Of a stretch of DNA of 64,000 nt, positions 28,508 to 37,169 are shown in pieces (the first letter of the stretch is position 1; each line of letters begins with the position of its first letter). This stretch comes from Burkholderiales bacterium (lineage in GTDB: Bacteria > Pseudomonadota > Gammaproteobacteria > Burkholderiales > JALYOK01). Position numbers and translations under genes: made by a program. The stretch covers positions 10,149 to 74,148 of the forward strand of contig JBKJHT010000055.1 in the NCBI GenBank assembly GCA_046598945.1, read 5' to 3'. Under the pieces are notes generated by a model. It did not search any database. It saw only the letters and a program-made list of their open reading frames with translations, and was not told the DNA's origin.

Positions 28508-29104
28508 GTGAGCGAGGTTCTGGTGCTGTATTACAGCCAAGGCGGCGCCGTGAAGCAGCTCGCACAGTTCGTCGCACGCGGGATTGAACAAGTGCCCGGC
28601 GTAAAAGCGCGGCTGCGCACGGTTCCCAAAGTTGCGCCGATCACCCAACAGATTGCCCCCGCGGTGCCCGATTCCGGCGCGCCCTACGCAGAACTCAAGG
28701 ACTTGCAGGAATGTATTGGCTTGGCCCTCGGTTCGCCAACGCGTTTTGGCAATATGGCCGCGCCGCTGAAATATTTTTGGGATAGCAGCGGCGAACTGTG
28801 GCTTAACGGCGCCCTCGCCGGCAAGCCTGCCTCGGTCTTCACCTCGACCGGCTCCCAGCACGGCGGCCAAGAGACCACGCTCATTTCCATGATGCTGCCG
28901 TTGTTGCATCACGGCATGCTGATCGTCGGATTGCCCTACACGGAGTCGGCGTTATCGGCCACCACAAGCGGTGGCTCGCCCTATGGCGCGAGCCATGTCG
29001 CGGGCCAGGCCAACGAAGCGCCGATAACTGATGACGAAAAAAAATTAGCCATCGCTTTGGGCAAGCGGCTGGCGCACGTCGCGCTGAAAGTAGCGCCTCG
29101 GTAA
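28508..29104 (+). CDS. wrbA: flavodoxin-like NAD(P)H:quinone oxidoreductase (WrbA family)
   Basis: 198-aa ORF with GTG start, VLVLYYSQGG at the N-terminus and the SQHGGQETT motif. Confidence 0.85.
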   Translation: MSEVLVLYYSQGGAVKQLAQFVARGIEQVPGVKARLRTVPKVAPITQQIAPAVPDSGAPYAELKDLQECIGLALGSPTRFGNMAAPLKYFWDSSGELWLNGALAGKPASVFTSTGSQHGGQETTLISMMLPLLHHGMLIVGLPYTESALSATTSGGSPYGASHVAGQANEAPITDDEKKLAIALGKRLAHVALKVAPR

Positions 29105-29179
29105 TCGGGCCAGGAAGCAGTCGCCCAAGGCGACCCCGTATTGGCGCGCCTCTGGCCCTAGGCCACCCCGTCGGGCCAC

Positions 29180-30169
29180 TCAATGCGTGACCGATTGCGC
29201 TGCGATGGGATCAAGTCTCGATAATTTTTCCAACGCCTCCGCCAGTGATTGTTTATCGCCCGTGTCGCGATAAGTTTGCGCGATGTAAAACCATGCTTGG
29301 CTGTGGCTCGGCTCAAGTTCGATGGCTTTTTTCAGCGCGGCAATGGCGTCGCTGTAACGATTTAAGCGAAACAGGGATTTCCCCAGCGCGACCCACGGTT
29401 CTGGATTTCCGGCGTCGTCTTTTGCCCATTGGCCGGCATAGAGAAACAAGCCGTTCCAATCGTCGACTGCTTCGCGAGCAATGGCGCGCATGAAGGGTGG
29501 CTGATCGTCGGGCAAACGTTCCCAAAACGCTTCGGTTTTTTTCGCGCCTTCAAACTCCATTGCCCGCGCCTGCATTAATTTCTGAACCCAACTCGCGGGA
29601 ACGGCAAAGAAGAACGACCCGCCGGCCTGGGATTTGAATGTGATGACGCCCAGCAGCTTGCCGGTTTGATCGAACAATCCACCGCCGCTTTCGCCGGAAT
29701 CGAACGGCGCCGAACTCTGGATGACGCGTCCGCCATCAAGGTTATGGAGGCCGCGAATCTGGCCGTCGGTGACTTCCAGGCGGCCACCGCCCGGATAGCC
29801 TGCGGCGAGCACGGGCTGCCCCACGGCGATCGTCGCCGGATCGCCAAACTCGATTGGTTTACCGATGTCACGGCTGACAATCAGCAAGCATAGATCATGG
29901 TCAATATCTTTGACTTGCTCTTTTACTTTCCACTTTGAATTCCACGCCACAACATCGATGGCACGCGCCTCGCGGGTCACGTGGCAGTTGGAAATGATCT
30001 GGTCCGGCGCAACGACAATTCCCGAGCCGGTGGCTACTCGGCCTTGGTCCATCACGGCGTAAACGCGAACGATACTCGGCCAGATTTTTTGATACAGCTT
30101 GCGATCGGGCTCCGCTCGCGCCGTTAGCGCAACGAAGCAGAAGGCGAGCAACACCCAATTGGGGAACAT
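29180..30169 (-). CDS. exported trypsin-like serine protease fused to TPR repeats (paralogue 1)
   Basis: Signal peptide plus a triad context of ISNCHV (His), HDLCLL (Asp) and DSGESGGGLF (Ser). C-terminal TPR-like helices (ALGKSLFRLNRYSDAIAALKKAIELEP). Confidence 0.8.
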   Translation of the reverse strand: MFPNWVLLAFCFVALTARAEPDRKLYQKIWPSIVRVYAVMDQGRVATGSGIVVAPDQIISNCHVTREARAIDVVAWNSKWKVKEQVKDIDHDLCLLIVSRDIGKPIEFGDPATIAVGQPVLAAGYPGGGRLEVTDGQIRGLHNLDGGRVIQSSAPFDSGESGGGLFDQTGKLLGVITFKSQAGGSFFFAVPASWVQKLMQARAMEFEGAKKTEAFWERLPDDQPPFMRAIAREAVDDWNGLFLYAGQWAKDDAGNPEPWVALGKSLFRLNRYSDAIAALKKAIELEPSHSQAWFYIAQTYRDTGDKQSLAEALEKLSRLDPIAAQSVTH

Positions 30170-30244
30170 TGCGCAACTCCATTATTACTATTTTTCAGAA
30201 TCGGCTAGGGTAGCCCGAGAGACGCTAACGATACTTAGTGCGGC

Positions 30245-31237
30245 TTAGGGCAGGACAGGTTCCAAGAAGGCGAGAATTTCTGCGTCGATCGGGCATGGGT
30301 TGCCGGCGCCGCCACACTGCTCGACCGGCTCCAGCCTGCGCAGCCAGTCTTTGCCAAGACTGTGTTGCGCATCGAGCGCGAGCACGTGGCGAAACGCGCT
30401 GAGGGCCTGCTCTTTTCGGCTTAACGCGACGCAGGCTTTGCCGATGGCCATCCAGGATTCCGCGTTGTCCGCTTGTTGATTGTTCCAGCGCTGCGCGACA
30501 TCGAGTAGCCCAGCCCAATTTTGCTGCGATTCCATGTGGGCGGCCTGCAAGAAAAATGGCTGTTTGCCTTGGCCACGCCGATAAAACGCGCCGTCCAAAT
30601 CGCCCGCGAATCGCGCTGAATCGGCGCGCGCAAGGAGGGCATCGACCCAAACCGCCGGCATGACGAAGTGGAAATCGCCTCCGGATACGGCGCGAAAAGT
30701 GAGGATACCGACTAGATTACCCTCGTCGTCGAACAATCCACCGCCGCTGGCCCCCGGATTGAAAGACGCGTTGGTCTGAATGACTTTGGCGGCATCGTAG
30801 GCATGCAGCGCACGCACGGTTCCGCACGAAACGCTGAAATTGCCGCCGCCGGGAAAACCCGCGGCGTGAACGGCCTGCCCGATCTGCAGGGGATTGCCGA
30901 TCGCAACCGCGGCAAACGGAACGCCCGGCGCAGACAACAAGCACAAATCATGTTCCGGATCGGCGGCGATCAAGCGTGCCGGCCAGCGCCCGCCGTCACC
31001 TAGCACTTGGATTTTTTTCGCCCAGACTAGGACATGACAATTGGTGACGAGTGTATCGGCCGCCACCAACACGGCTGAGCCGACCTGTAGGGTACCCGAA
31101 CCGCGCTCGACGCTGACTTTAAAAACAGAGGATTGCAGTTTAGCGAGTATTTCAGGAGAAGAATCAGCGTGAACGCCAATCCCGAACGCGGTTAAAAAAC
31201 CGGCGCAGATTAAACGGAATGTCGTCGAAAATACCAT
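30245..31237 (-). CDS. exported trypsin-like serine protease fused to TPR repeats (paralogue 2)
   Basis: Same architecture as paralogue 1: VTNCHV, HDLCLL, NPGASGGGLF, then TPR-like helices. I prefer the ATG giving MVFSTTFRLICAGFL. Confidence 0.8.
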   Translation of the reverse strand: MVFSTTFRLICAGFLTAFGIGVHADSSPEILAKLQSSVFKVSVERGSGTLQVGSAVLVAADTLVTNCHVLVWAKKIQVLGDGGRWPARLIAADPEHDLCLLSAPGVPFAAVAIGNPLQIGQAVHAAGFPGGGNFSVSCGTVRALHAYDAAKVIQTNASFNPGASGGGLFDDEGNLVGILTFRAVSGGDFHFVMPAVWVDALLARADSARFAGDLDGAFYRRGQGKQPFFLQAAHMESQQNWAGLLDVAQRWNNQQADNAESWMAIGKACVALSRKEQALSAFRHVLALDAQHSLGKDWLRRLEPVEQCGGAGNPCPIDAEILAFLEPVLP

Positions 31238-31454
31238 AGCGTGAATGGGTTGTTCTTTTTCGCGGAGCCTCAACTAGAAGATTGGTCTAGTTGCGCGCCC
31301 ATGTCAACATGACAAGTGTATTACGAACCCTGTTAACATGCCGCCAAACACCGCGCCCTGCTTGGCTTCTGGCACGATATGTGTGAAACGGCGCATGGCT
31401 ATTGGTTTGTGGCCGGGTCAATTTATACAAAAATCGCCCGAATACATTGCAGAG

Positions 31455-31482
31455 CGTTATGTTTCTAAGAATATAACAATCG
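31455..31482. promoter_or_regulatory. possible ModE-like operator upstream of tupA
   Basis: CGTTATgtttctaagaatATAACaatCG contains the inverted repeat GTTAT-N12-ATAAC, ending 7 nt before the tupA ATG. It only loosely resembles AT-rich molybdate-regulator operators. Confidence 0.25.
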
Positions 31483-31488
31483 GATACA

Positions 31489-32307
31489 ATGAATCCCATG
31501 AATTTCCTTCGAACCCTATGCTTGTTCGCTGCAATCTTCGTCGTCGGCCACGGCGCAATGGCCGACGTTCTCAGGCTCGGCACCACCACCACGACGGAAG
31601 ATTCCGGCTTACTCGCCTGGCTCATCCCGGCGTTCGAAAAAGAATCCGGCGACAAAGTTCGCGTCACCTTGGGTGGCACCGGCCAGGTCTTGAAATTCGG
31701 ACGCAATGGCGATGTCGATGTGATCCTGAGCCATAGCAAAAGCGATGAGGAAAAGTTTGTCGCGGACGGCTTCGGCGTTACTCGCCGAAATGTGATGTAC
31801 AACGATTTCGTTATCGTCGGCCCACCGACCGACCCGGCGCAAATTCGCGGCCTCACCGATCCGCGCGAGGCATTCCGTCGAATTTCGCAGGGGCGCTTTA
31901 CATTTGTTTCTCGCGCCGATGAATCCGGTACGCACCGCGCCGAACAAAGGATCTGGCGTGATGCGAAAATACAGCCGAACGGAAACGGGTACCTACGCGC
32001 CGGCGCGGGCATGCTGGAAGTGCTGCGTATCGCCCACGAACGCGATGGCTATGCCCTGACCGATCGCGCCACGTTTGCTAAGCATAAAAAATCCCTGGTT
32101 TTAGAATTGCTAGTGACCGGCGAACCGAAAATCGCGAATCAATACGCCGTGATCGCCGTGAATTCCCAAGGAAATCCGGCGGTGAATGAAGTGGCGGCGC
32201 AGCGCTTCATTGCGTGGATAACGTCGACCGCGGGTCAAGCCCACATTGCAGGATTTCGCATTGACGGTCAGGCACTTTTTTTCCCGAATGCCGAGGTGCG
32301 GCAATAG
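31489..32307 (+). CDS. tupA: tungstate/molybdate-type ABC transporter substrate-binding protein (TupA-like)
   Basis: 272-aa ORF with a signal peptide and the anion-binding region LGTTTTTEDSGLL. Confidence 0.8.
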   Translation: MNPMNFLRTLCLFAAIFVVGHGAMADVLRLGTTTTTEDSGLLAWLIPAFEKESGDKVRVTLGGTGQVLKFGRNGDVDVILSHSKSDEEKFVADGFGVTRRNVMYNDFVIVGPPTDPAQIRGLTDPREAFRRISQGRFTFVSRADESGTHRAEQRIWRDAKIQPNGNGYLRAGAGMLEVLRIAHERDGYALTDRATFAKHKKSLVLELLVTGEPKIANQYAVIAVNSQGNPAVNEVAAQRFIAWITSTAGQAHIAGFRIDGQALFFPNAEVRQ

Positions 32308-32355
32308 ATCCCTGTGAGCATGAACCGAACGCGCAACCATTGCCGCCGCCCCTCT

Positions 32356-32446
32356 CCCTTGATCCCTCTCCCCGAGGGAGAAGGGCCGGGGACGGGGTGG
32401 CCTACGAGGTGGCCTACGGGGTGGCCTAGGGCCAGGGCCACGGCCA
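32356..32446. repeat. intra-operon GC-rich hairpin plus 3 x 12-bp tandem repeat
   Basis: Interrupted hairpin CCCTTgaTCCCTC-tcccc-GAGGGAgAAGGG, followed by GGGGTGGCCTAC/GAGGTGGCCTAC/GGGGTGGCCTAG at 32394-32429. Confidence 0.6.
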
Positions 32447-32483
32447 TGAGTACCGGGCGCATCAGAGCCGGCCTGCGCCCACA

Positions 32484-33188
32484 ATGACCAACGATACGAT
32501 CGGGGACGCGACCGCCGCGGCGTTTGGCTTATTGTTCAGCGGTGACGCGGAACTGTGGCAAACGATATTCATTTCGCTGCGCGTCTCGCTGATCGCGCTG
32601 CTGATCGCGACGCCGTTTGCAATTTGGTCTGGGTATGTGCTCGGCACCGGGCGCTTTCGCGGCCGCCGTCCGTTGATCGTGCTGTTACAAAGCGCGTTGT
32701 CGTTTCCGACGGTGGTAGTTGGCCTGATCCTCTATTTACTGTTCACCCGGCGCGGGCCGCTCGGAGATTTTCATTTGCTGTTTACCCAAGACGCGATGAT
32801 CATCGGCCAAGCGCTGATTGCGTTTCCTGTCCTTGCGGCATTTACCTTGGCGGCGATCCAAGCCGCTGATCCGCGTATCCGCGAAACGGCGCTCAGCCTC
32901 GGCGCCAGCCGCTGGCAAGCCGCGCTGACCCTGTTGCGCGAGGTACGCTTCGGCGTCACGGCCAGCGTGCTCAACGGTTTCGGCCGCGTTATTTCGGAAG
33001 TGGGTTGTGCCATGCTGGTGGGCGGTAACATCGTCGGCGTAACGCGCAATATTCCGACGGCCATCGCACTGGAAACGAGCAAGGGCGAGTTCGCGCAAGG
33101 CATTGCCCTCGGCGCGGTGTTGCTCGCGCTGGCGTTGGGCGTGAACATCATTCTGTCGTTGGTGCAGGGTCGGGGCGGCGCGAAATGA
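32484..33188 (+). CDS. tupB: ABC transporter permease (TupB-like)
   Basis: 234-aa multi-TM ORF with a binding-protein-dependent transport permease signature region (ETALSLGASRWQA). Confidence 0.8.
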   Translation: MTNDTIGDATAAAFGLLFSGDAELWQTIFISLRVSLIALLIATPFAIWSGYVLGTGRFRGRRPLIVLLQSALSFPTVVVGLILYLLFTRRGPLGDFHLLFTQDAMIIGQALIAFPVLAAFTLAAIQAADPRIRETALSLGASRWQAALTLLREVRFGVTASVLNGFGRVISEVGCAMLVGGNIVGVTRNIPTAIALETSKGEFAQGIALGAVLLALALGVNIILSLVQGRGGAK

Positions 33189-33835
33189 CTGCGCTACTTT
33201 CCCTCGAAGGGCTGGAGAAAAATATCGGCGCGCGGAATTTGTTCCGCATTCCGAAATTGGATCTCGAACGCGGCGCGAGTTATGTCTTAACCGGCGACAA
33301 CGGCGCCGGCAAAACGACGTTGTTGAAATTCCTGGCCGGCCTGGAAGCGGCGCGATTCGGCGCGATCCAATATCAAGGCCGCGCCATCGGCGCGGATTAT
33401 CTCGCCGCGCTACGGCGCGACGTGGTTTACGTGCATCAGCACCCTTACCTGTTCGACACCAGTATCACGGCAAATATCGCCTATGGCTTGAAGCTGCGCG
33501 GCATCGCCGCCGACGAGATCAAACGCCGCGTCGAGGCTGGCATAGAGTGGGCGCAATTGGGAGAATTTCGTGACACGCCGCCACAGCGCTTATCCGGCGG
33601 CGAAAAACAGCGCGTCGCGCTGGCGCGGGCGTGGGTGCTGCAAGCGCCGATCATGTTATTCGACGAGCCGACGGCGAGTTTGGATCACGCCTCGCGCGAC
33701 CGCGTCATCGAACTCATCGGTCAGGCCGTCGGCGATAACAACTGCGTCGTCGTCGCCTGCCATGATCACGAAATTATCAACCTGCCGCACGTTAAACGCT
33801 TGCATTTGGATCAGGGCACGATTCGACCACAATAG
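33185..33835 (+). CDS. tupC: ABC transporter ATP-binding protein (TupC-like)
   Basis: Walker A GDNGAGKTTLL, signature LSGGEKQRVALARA and Walker B MLFDEPTASLD. ATGA overlap with tupB. Confidence 0.85.
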   Translation: MTALLSLEGLEKNIGARNLFRIPKLDLERGASYVLTGDNGAGKTTLLKFLAGLEAARFGAIQYQGRAIGADYLAALRRDVVYVHQHPYLFDTSITANIAYGLKLRGIAADEIKRRVEAGIEWAQLGEFRDTPPQRLSGGEKQRVALARAWVLQAPIMLFDEPTASLDHASRDRVIELIGQAVGDNNCVVVACHDHEIINLPHVKRLHLDQGTIRPQ

Positions 33836-33844
33836 AAACCGCAC

Positions 33845-33882
33845 AAAATAAAACGGGCCCGGCGATGGGCCCGTTTTATTTT
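33845..33882. terminator. bidirectional rho-independent terminator
   Basis: AAAATAAAACGGGCCC-ggcgat-GGGCCCGTTTTATTTT forms a perfect stem flanked by A- and T-runs. It lies between convergent tupC and grxD. Confidence 0.85.
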
Positions 33883-33923
33883 GTCATTCCCGCTTTCGCG
33901 GGGACGGCAATCGGTAATCTCGA

Positions 33924-34247
33924 CTAAGCGGTTACTTTTGCAGCATCCAACTGAGTCTTCAACTCACCGCTTTGAAACATCTCGGTCATGATGTCCGAAC
34001 CGCCGATGAATTCGCCGTTCACATAAAGTTGCGGGACGGTCGGCCAACTTGAAAATTCTTTGATGCCCTGACGAATTTCCGGATCTTCCAACACATTCAC
34101 CGTGAAGATGTTGTTCACTCCGCACGTGTTAAGAATTCGCACCGCGTTGGCAGAAAAGCCGCATTGGGGAAAATCAGCCGTGCCTTTCATATACAACACC
34201 ACGGAGTGGCTGGTGACTTGTTGGCGGATGAGGTCTTGAACGTTCAT
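33924..34247 (-). CDS. grxD: Grx4-family monothiol glutaredoxin
   Basis: 107-aa ORF with CGFS active site (PQCGFSANAV) and the WPTVPQLYVNGEFIGG motif. Confidence 0.93.
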   Translation of the reverse strand: MNVQDLIRQQVTSHSVVLYMKGTADFPQCGFSANAVRILNTCGVNNIFTVNVLEDPEIRQGIKEFSSWPTVPQLYVNGEFIGGSDIMTEMFQSGELKTQLDAAKVTA

Positions 34248-34326
34248 TGTGTGTCCTTACCATATAAAAATTACTGCACCATTTTACCCTATTTGAGTGC
34301 CGTGGTGGGCAGGCGGCAAGACATTC

Positions 34327-36834
34327 TCAGCGTCGCAGCGACTCCAGCAAGGTCGAGAGCGTTCGCAGCGCTTGATCCAGCACCTCCGGCGCGGGCATGG
34401 GAAAGCGCAGGTAGGTTTCGCCGGTCGATGCGTCACGCTGAACGAACGATTGCCGGTGGCGATTCGCCGCGCTAACACCGCCGGTTGAAGCCGTAGCGAG
34501 TTGCTGCAGCAACGCTGCGCCTTGCTGCAGCAAACCGCTCCATGGATTTTCGACCTTCGCGGCACTTGCCTCGTCGTCAGCATCGCGACGATCTACCAAC
34601 GCATCGCCATCGACAGATCCACTGCGCGCCACATCTTCCGTGTCGACGGGATCGACCATCGTAGACATCGTCGGTTCGGATATTGAGCCGGTCACTTCTT
34701 CAATGCCTTTCATGAAGCGATTCAGACGAGTGCCGCCCATGAATACATCTTTTTCACCGCCGTCGAGCGCGCCGGCGAATAACGATTTCTTGAAACTCAA
34801 CACGCCGAGCATGCCCTCTTCAATTGTCCCCTGCGAGACGAAGTTCACCACGCGCACCGGCATTTTTTGCCCGAGCCGGTGAACGCGGCCGATGCGTTGC
34901 TCGAGCACCGCCGGGTTCCACGGCAGGTCCATGTTGACCACCATCGATGCATGCTGCAAGTTTAGTCCGACGCCGCCCGCGTCGGTGGAGAGAAAAGCGC
35001 GGCAGGCCGGATCGGTGCGAAATCGATCGACCAAGCCTTTGCGCTGCGCGCTGGGAACACCGCCGTGGAACAGCACGTGGCCCCAGCCGTGCTCGTGGAA
35101 GCGCCGTAGCACCATTTCGTGCATGCCCAGCCACTGGCTGAAAATGACTACTTTTGCCTCGGGCCGTTCGAACACTTCTTCCAATAACATGACCAGCTCG
35201 TCGGCCTTCACACCAAAGTCGGTCACCCGATCGAGCAGATACGTGCTGTCGCACGACATGCGCATGTTCTGCAACGAGATCATCAAACGCCGCTGGTCGG
35301 CCTCGCTCAAGAAACCCATACGCTTCCAGCGTTTCACGATGCCACCGACGACATCGCGGTTCTCTTCGTGCAGCTTGACTTGCTCCGGCGTCATCGGAAC
35401 GAAGAAATTCTTGTCGAGGCGCTCCGGCAATTGCTTCAGCACTTCCTTTTTCTGCCGCCGAATGAGTATCGGCGCAAGGGTTTTGCCGATGCGGTCAAGA
35501 TCGCGGTAGCCCACTACCCGGCCGGTCTCGTCGAGCACTTGGTGCTCATGCAAAAAGCGAAACGTCGGCCCGAGTCGATGCGGGTCGACGAATTGCACGA
35601 TGGAAACCAGTTCTTCGAGGCGGTTTTCAAGTGGCGTGCCGGTGAGTACGATCGCATAGGCCGAGCTGATCTTTTTAACGCTGCGCGCGGCCCGGGTGTT
35701 CCAATTCTTGATGCGCTGCGCCTCGTCCAAAATCACCAGATCGGGCGACCACGCCTCAATGAGATCAAGATCACTATGCACCGTATCGTAGTTCATGATC
35801 TTGAAGAAGCTCGCGACCGCGAATTGCTCCGCGCGGCGCGCCCGTAGGCCGGCGATCACGCTCACGCTGCGTTCGACGAAGCGGGCTATCTCGCGCTCCC
35901 ACTGGTGTTTGAGCGAGGTCGGACAAATCACCAGCACGCGATCGACGCCCAACTCGCGGGCCATGATCTCGGCTGCGGCGAGCGCTTGGATGGTCTTACC
36001 GAGCCCCATCTCGTCACCGATTAGCGAACGCCCCGCCCGCGCCGCGAACAGCGCCCCCTCGCGCTGGTAGTCATACATGGAAATCTTCAGCAGATTCTTG
36101 AACGCGGCCGAAGCAATGCCTTGCGGAAATGCGCGCTCGATCTTCTCGCGCCGCCGCTCGGCGTCACGCACCTCGGCAAGGAAAATGAGTGCATCGTCAT
36201 AGCAACGCAATTCGTGATCCAGGCGCCGCGCGCCACTCAAGAAGCGATCGAACACCGAGTATTTTTCCGGCAGCAACTTGCCGTCCGGTCCGAAGAATTC
36301 GACCGCCAACTGAACCAATTCCGGCGGGCACGCGCGAGCGGGGCGAAAACGAATTTCCCGCTGCGCGCCATAGTGCAAAAACACTTCGCTGTAGGCCGGT
36401 TGAAACCCGGCCTTGAGCGCAGCCTTGCCGCTGCGGCGCCGTGCCAGCGTTGTCAGCGTGAACTCGACGTGCTTGCAAGTTCCGAGTGTATTGGTGGCGA
36501 AGTCCGGACAAGAACAAAAGTTGTCGCCCAGATCGCCGCCGCGAATGGCCACACGGTAGCTGTTCTTGCTCTCAGGATTGCTGACCCGAAATTCGGAGAA
36601 CACCGGCTCGGCGCCGAGGTTCTCGATTTGAAAACGTTGTTCCACGCCGAACTGGCGTCGCAGCGCGCGCTGCCATTCTTCGAGCGACAGACCGTCGGGG
36701 CGTTTAAGCCGGGACAGCTTGCGCGGTCCGCCAGCGACGCTCTTTTTCTTGACCGGCTTCGTTCGACCCTGCATCGCGCGAGATGTATCGTTTGCGGCTT
36801 TCTTGCGCGCCGCACTGGATGGCTTGGTCGCCAT
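34327..36834 (-). CDS. SNF2-family helicase with N-terminal SWIM zinc finger
   Basis: 835-aa ORF with SWIM motif CSCPDFATNTLGTCKHV, helicase motif I DEMGLGKT, motif II ILDEAQRIKN, and a C-terminal helicase domain (QRIGRVHRLGQ). Confidence 0.88.
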   Translation of the reverse strand: MATKPSSAARKKAANDTSRAMQGRTKPVKKKSVAGGPRKLSRLKRPDGLSLEEWQRALRRQFGVEQRFQIENLGAEPVFSEFRVSNPESKNSYRVAIRGGDLGDNFCSCPDFATNTLGTCKHVEFTLTTLARRRSGKAALKAGFQPAYSEVFLHYGAQREIRFRPARACPPELVQLAVEFFGPDGKLLPEKYSVFDRFLSGARRLDHELRCYDDALIFLAEVRDAERRREKIERAFPQGIASAAFKNLLKISMYDYQREGALFAARAGRSLIGDEMGLGKTIQALAAAEIMARELGVDRVLVICPTSLKHQWEREIARFVERSVSVIAGLRARRAEQFAVASFFKIMNYDTVHSDLDLIEAWSPDLVILDEAQRIKNWNTRAARSVKKISSAYAIVLTGTPLENRLEELVSIVQFVDPHRLGPTFRFLHEHQVLDETGRVVGYRDLDRIGKTLAPILIRRQKKEVLKQLPERLDKNFFVPMTPEQVKLHEENRDVVGGIVKRWKRMGFLSEADQRRLMISLQNMRMSCDSTYLLDRVTDFGVKADELVMLLEEVFERPEAKVVIFSQWLGMHEMVLRRFHEHGWGHVLFHGGVPSAQRKGLVDRFRTDPACRAFLSTDAGGVGLNLQHASMVVNMDLPWNPAVLEQRIGRVHRLGQKMPVRVVNFVSQGTIEEGMLGVLSFKKSLFAGALDGGEKDVFMGGTRLNRFMKGIEEVTGSISEPTMSTMVDPVDTEDVARSGSVDGDALVDRRDADDEASAAKVENPWSGLLQQGAALLQQLATASTGGVSAANRHRQSFVQRDASTGETYLRFPMPAPEVLDQALRTLSTLLESLRR

Positions 36835-37169
36835 TGCTTCCTCCTATTGGATGCGCCCCCCAGTTCGAAAAGGAACGGGGTTACTGGACGAGATTTTAAC
36901 GTAATACACCGCAATTTCTGGCGCCAAGAACTTGCGGTGCATTCGCGCCACCGAGATTTACCAATCAACAGTAATTTGATGGTCGCTCCAGTGGGCTGGT
37001 AACGCGCGCCACTAGGCCAGATCCGTATTATCATTACCTATGCAGACCCGATGCCGGTGACAACTAAAATGAATCAATCCGTTACGGTGCGACAAAAAGT
37101 AACGAGAGTTTCAATAATCCGGACCGACGGGTCTGGTGAGTAACTGTAAAGTTTATTCGAGCCGCACCT

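Noticed and set aside
28349-28912. 187-aa ORF on the - strand (and the analogous 16893-17351 + ORF)
   Set aside because: Both are antisense to well-supported genes (wrbA and the dipeptidase gene). Their termini lie inside the MITE-like repeat copies, which explains the shared peptide fragments.
31287-32012. 241-aa ORF on the - strand
   Set aside because: It is antisense to tupA and its upstream region. TupA has clear family motifs and a signal peptide, whereas this ORF has none.
32394-32429. Tandem 12-bp repeats considered as a mini CRISPR or VNTR
   Set aside because: There are only three contiguous units with no spacers and no cas genes, so it is not a CRISPR array. I kept it only as a structured intergenic repeat.
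34327-36834. SNF2/SWIM helicase considered as part of a defence system (DISARM/BREX/Zorya-like)
   Set aside because: There is no adjacent methyltransferase, nuclease, PLD, DUF1998 or other partner genes. Its neighbours are grxD and the hemA-prfA-prmC housekeeping block. Stand-alone SNF2+SWIM proteins are common in bacteria.
36121-37002. 293-aa ORF on the + strand
   Set aside because: It is antisense to the 5' part of the SNF2/SWIM helicase gene and has no recognisable motifs.
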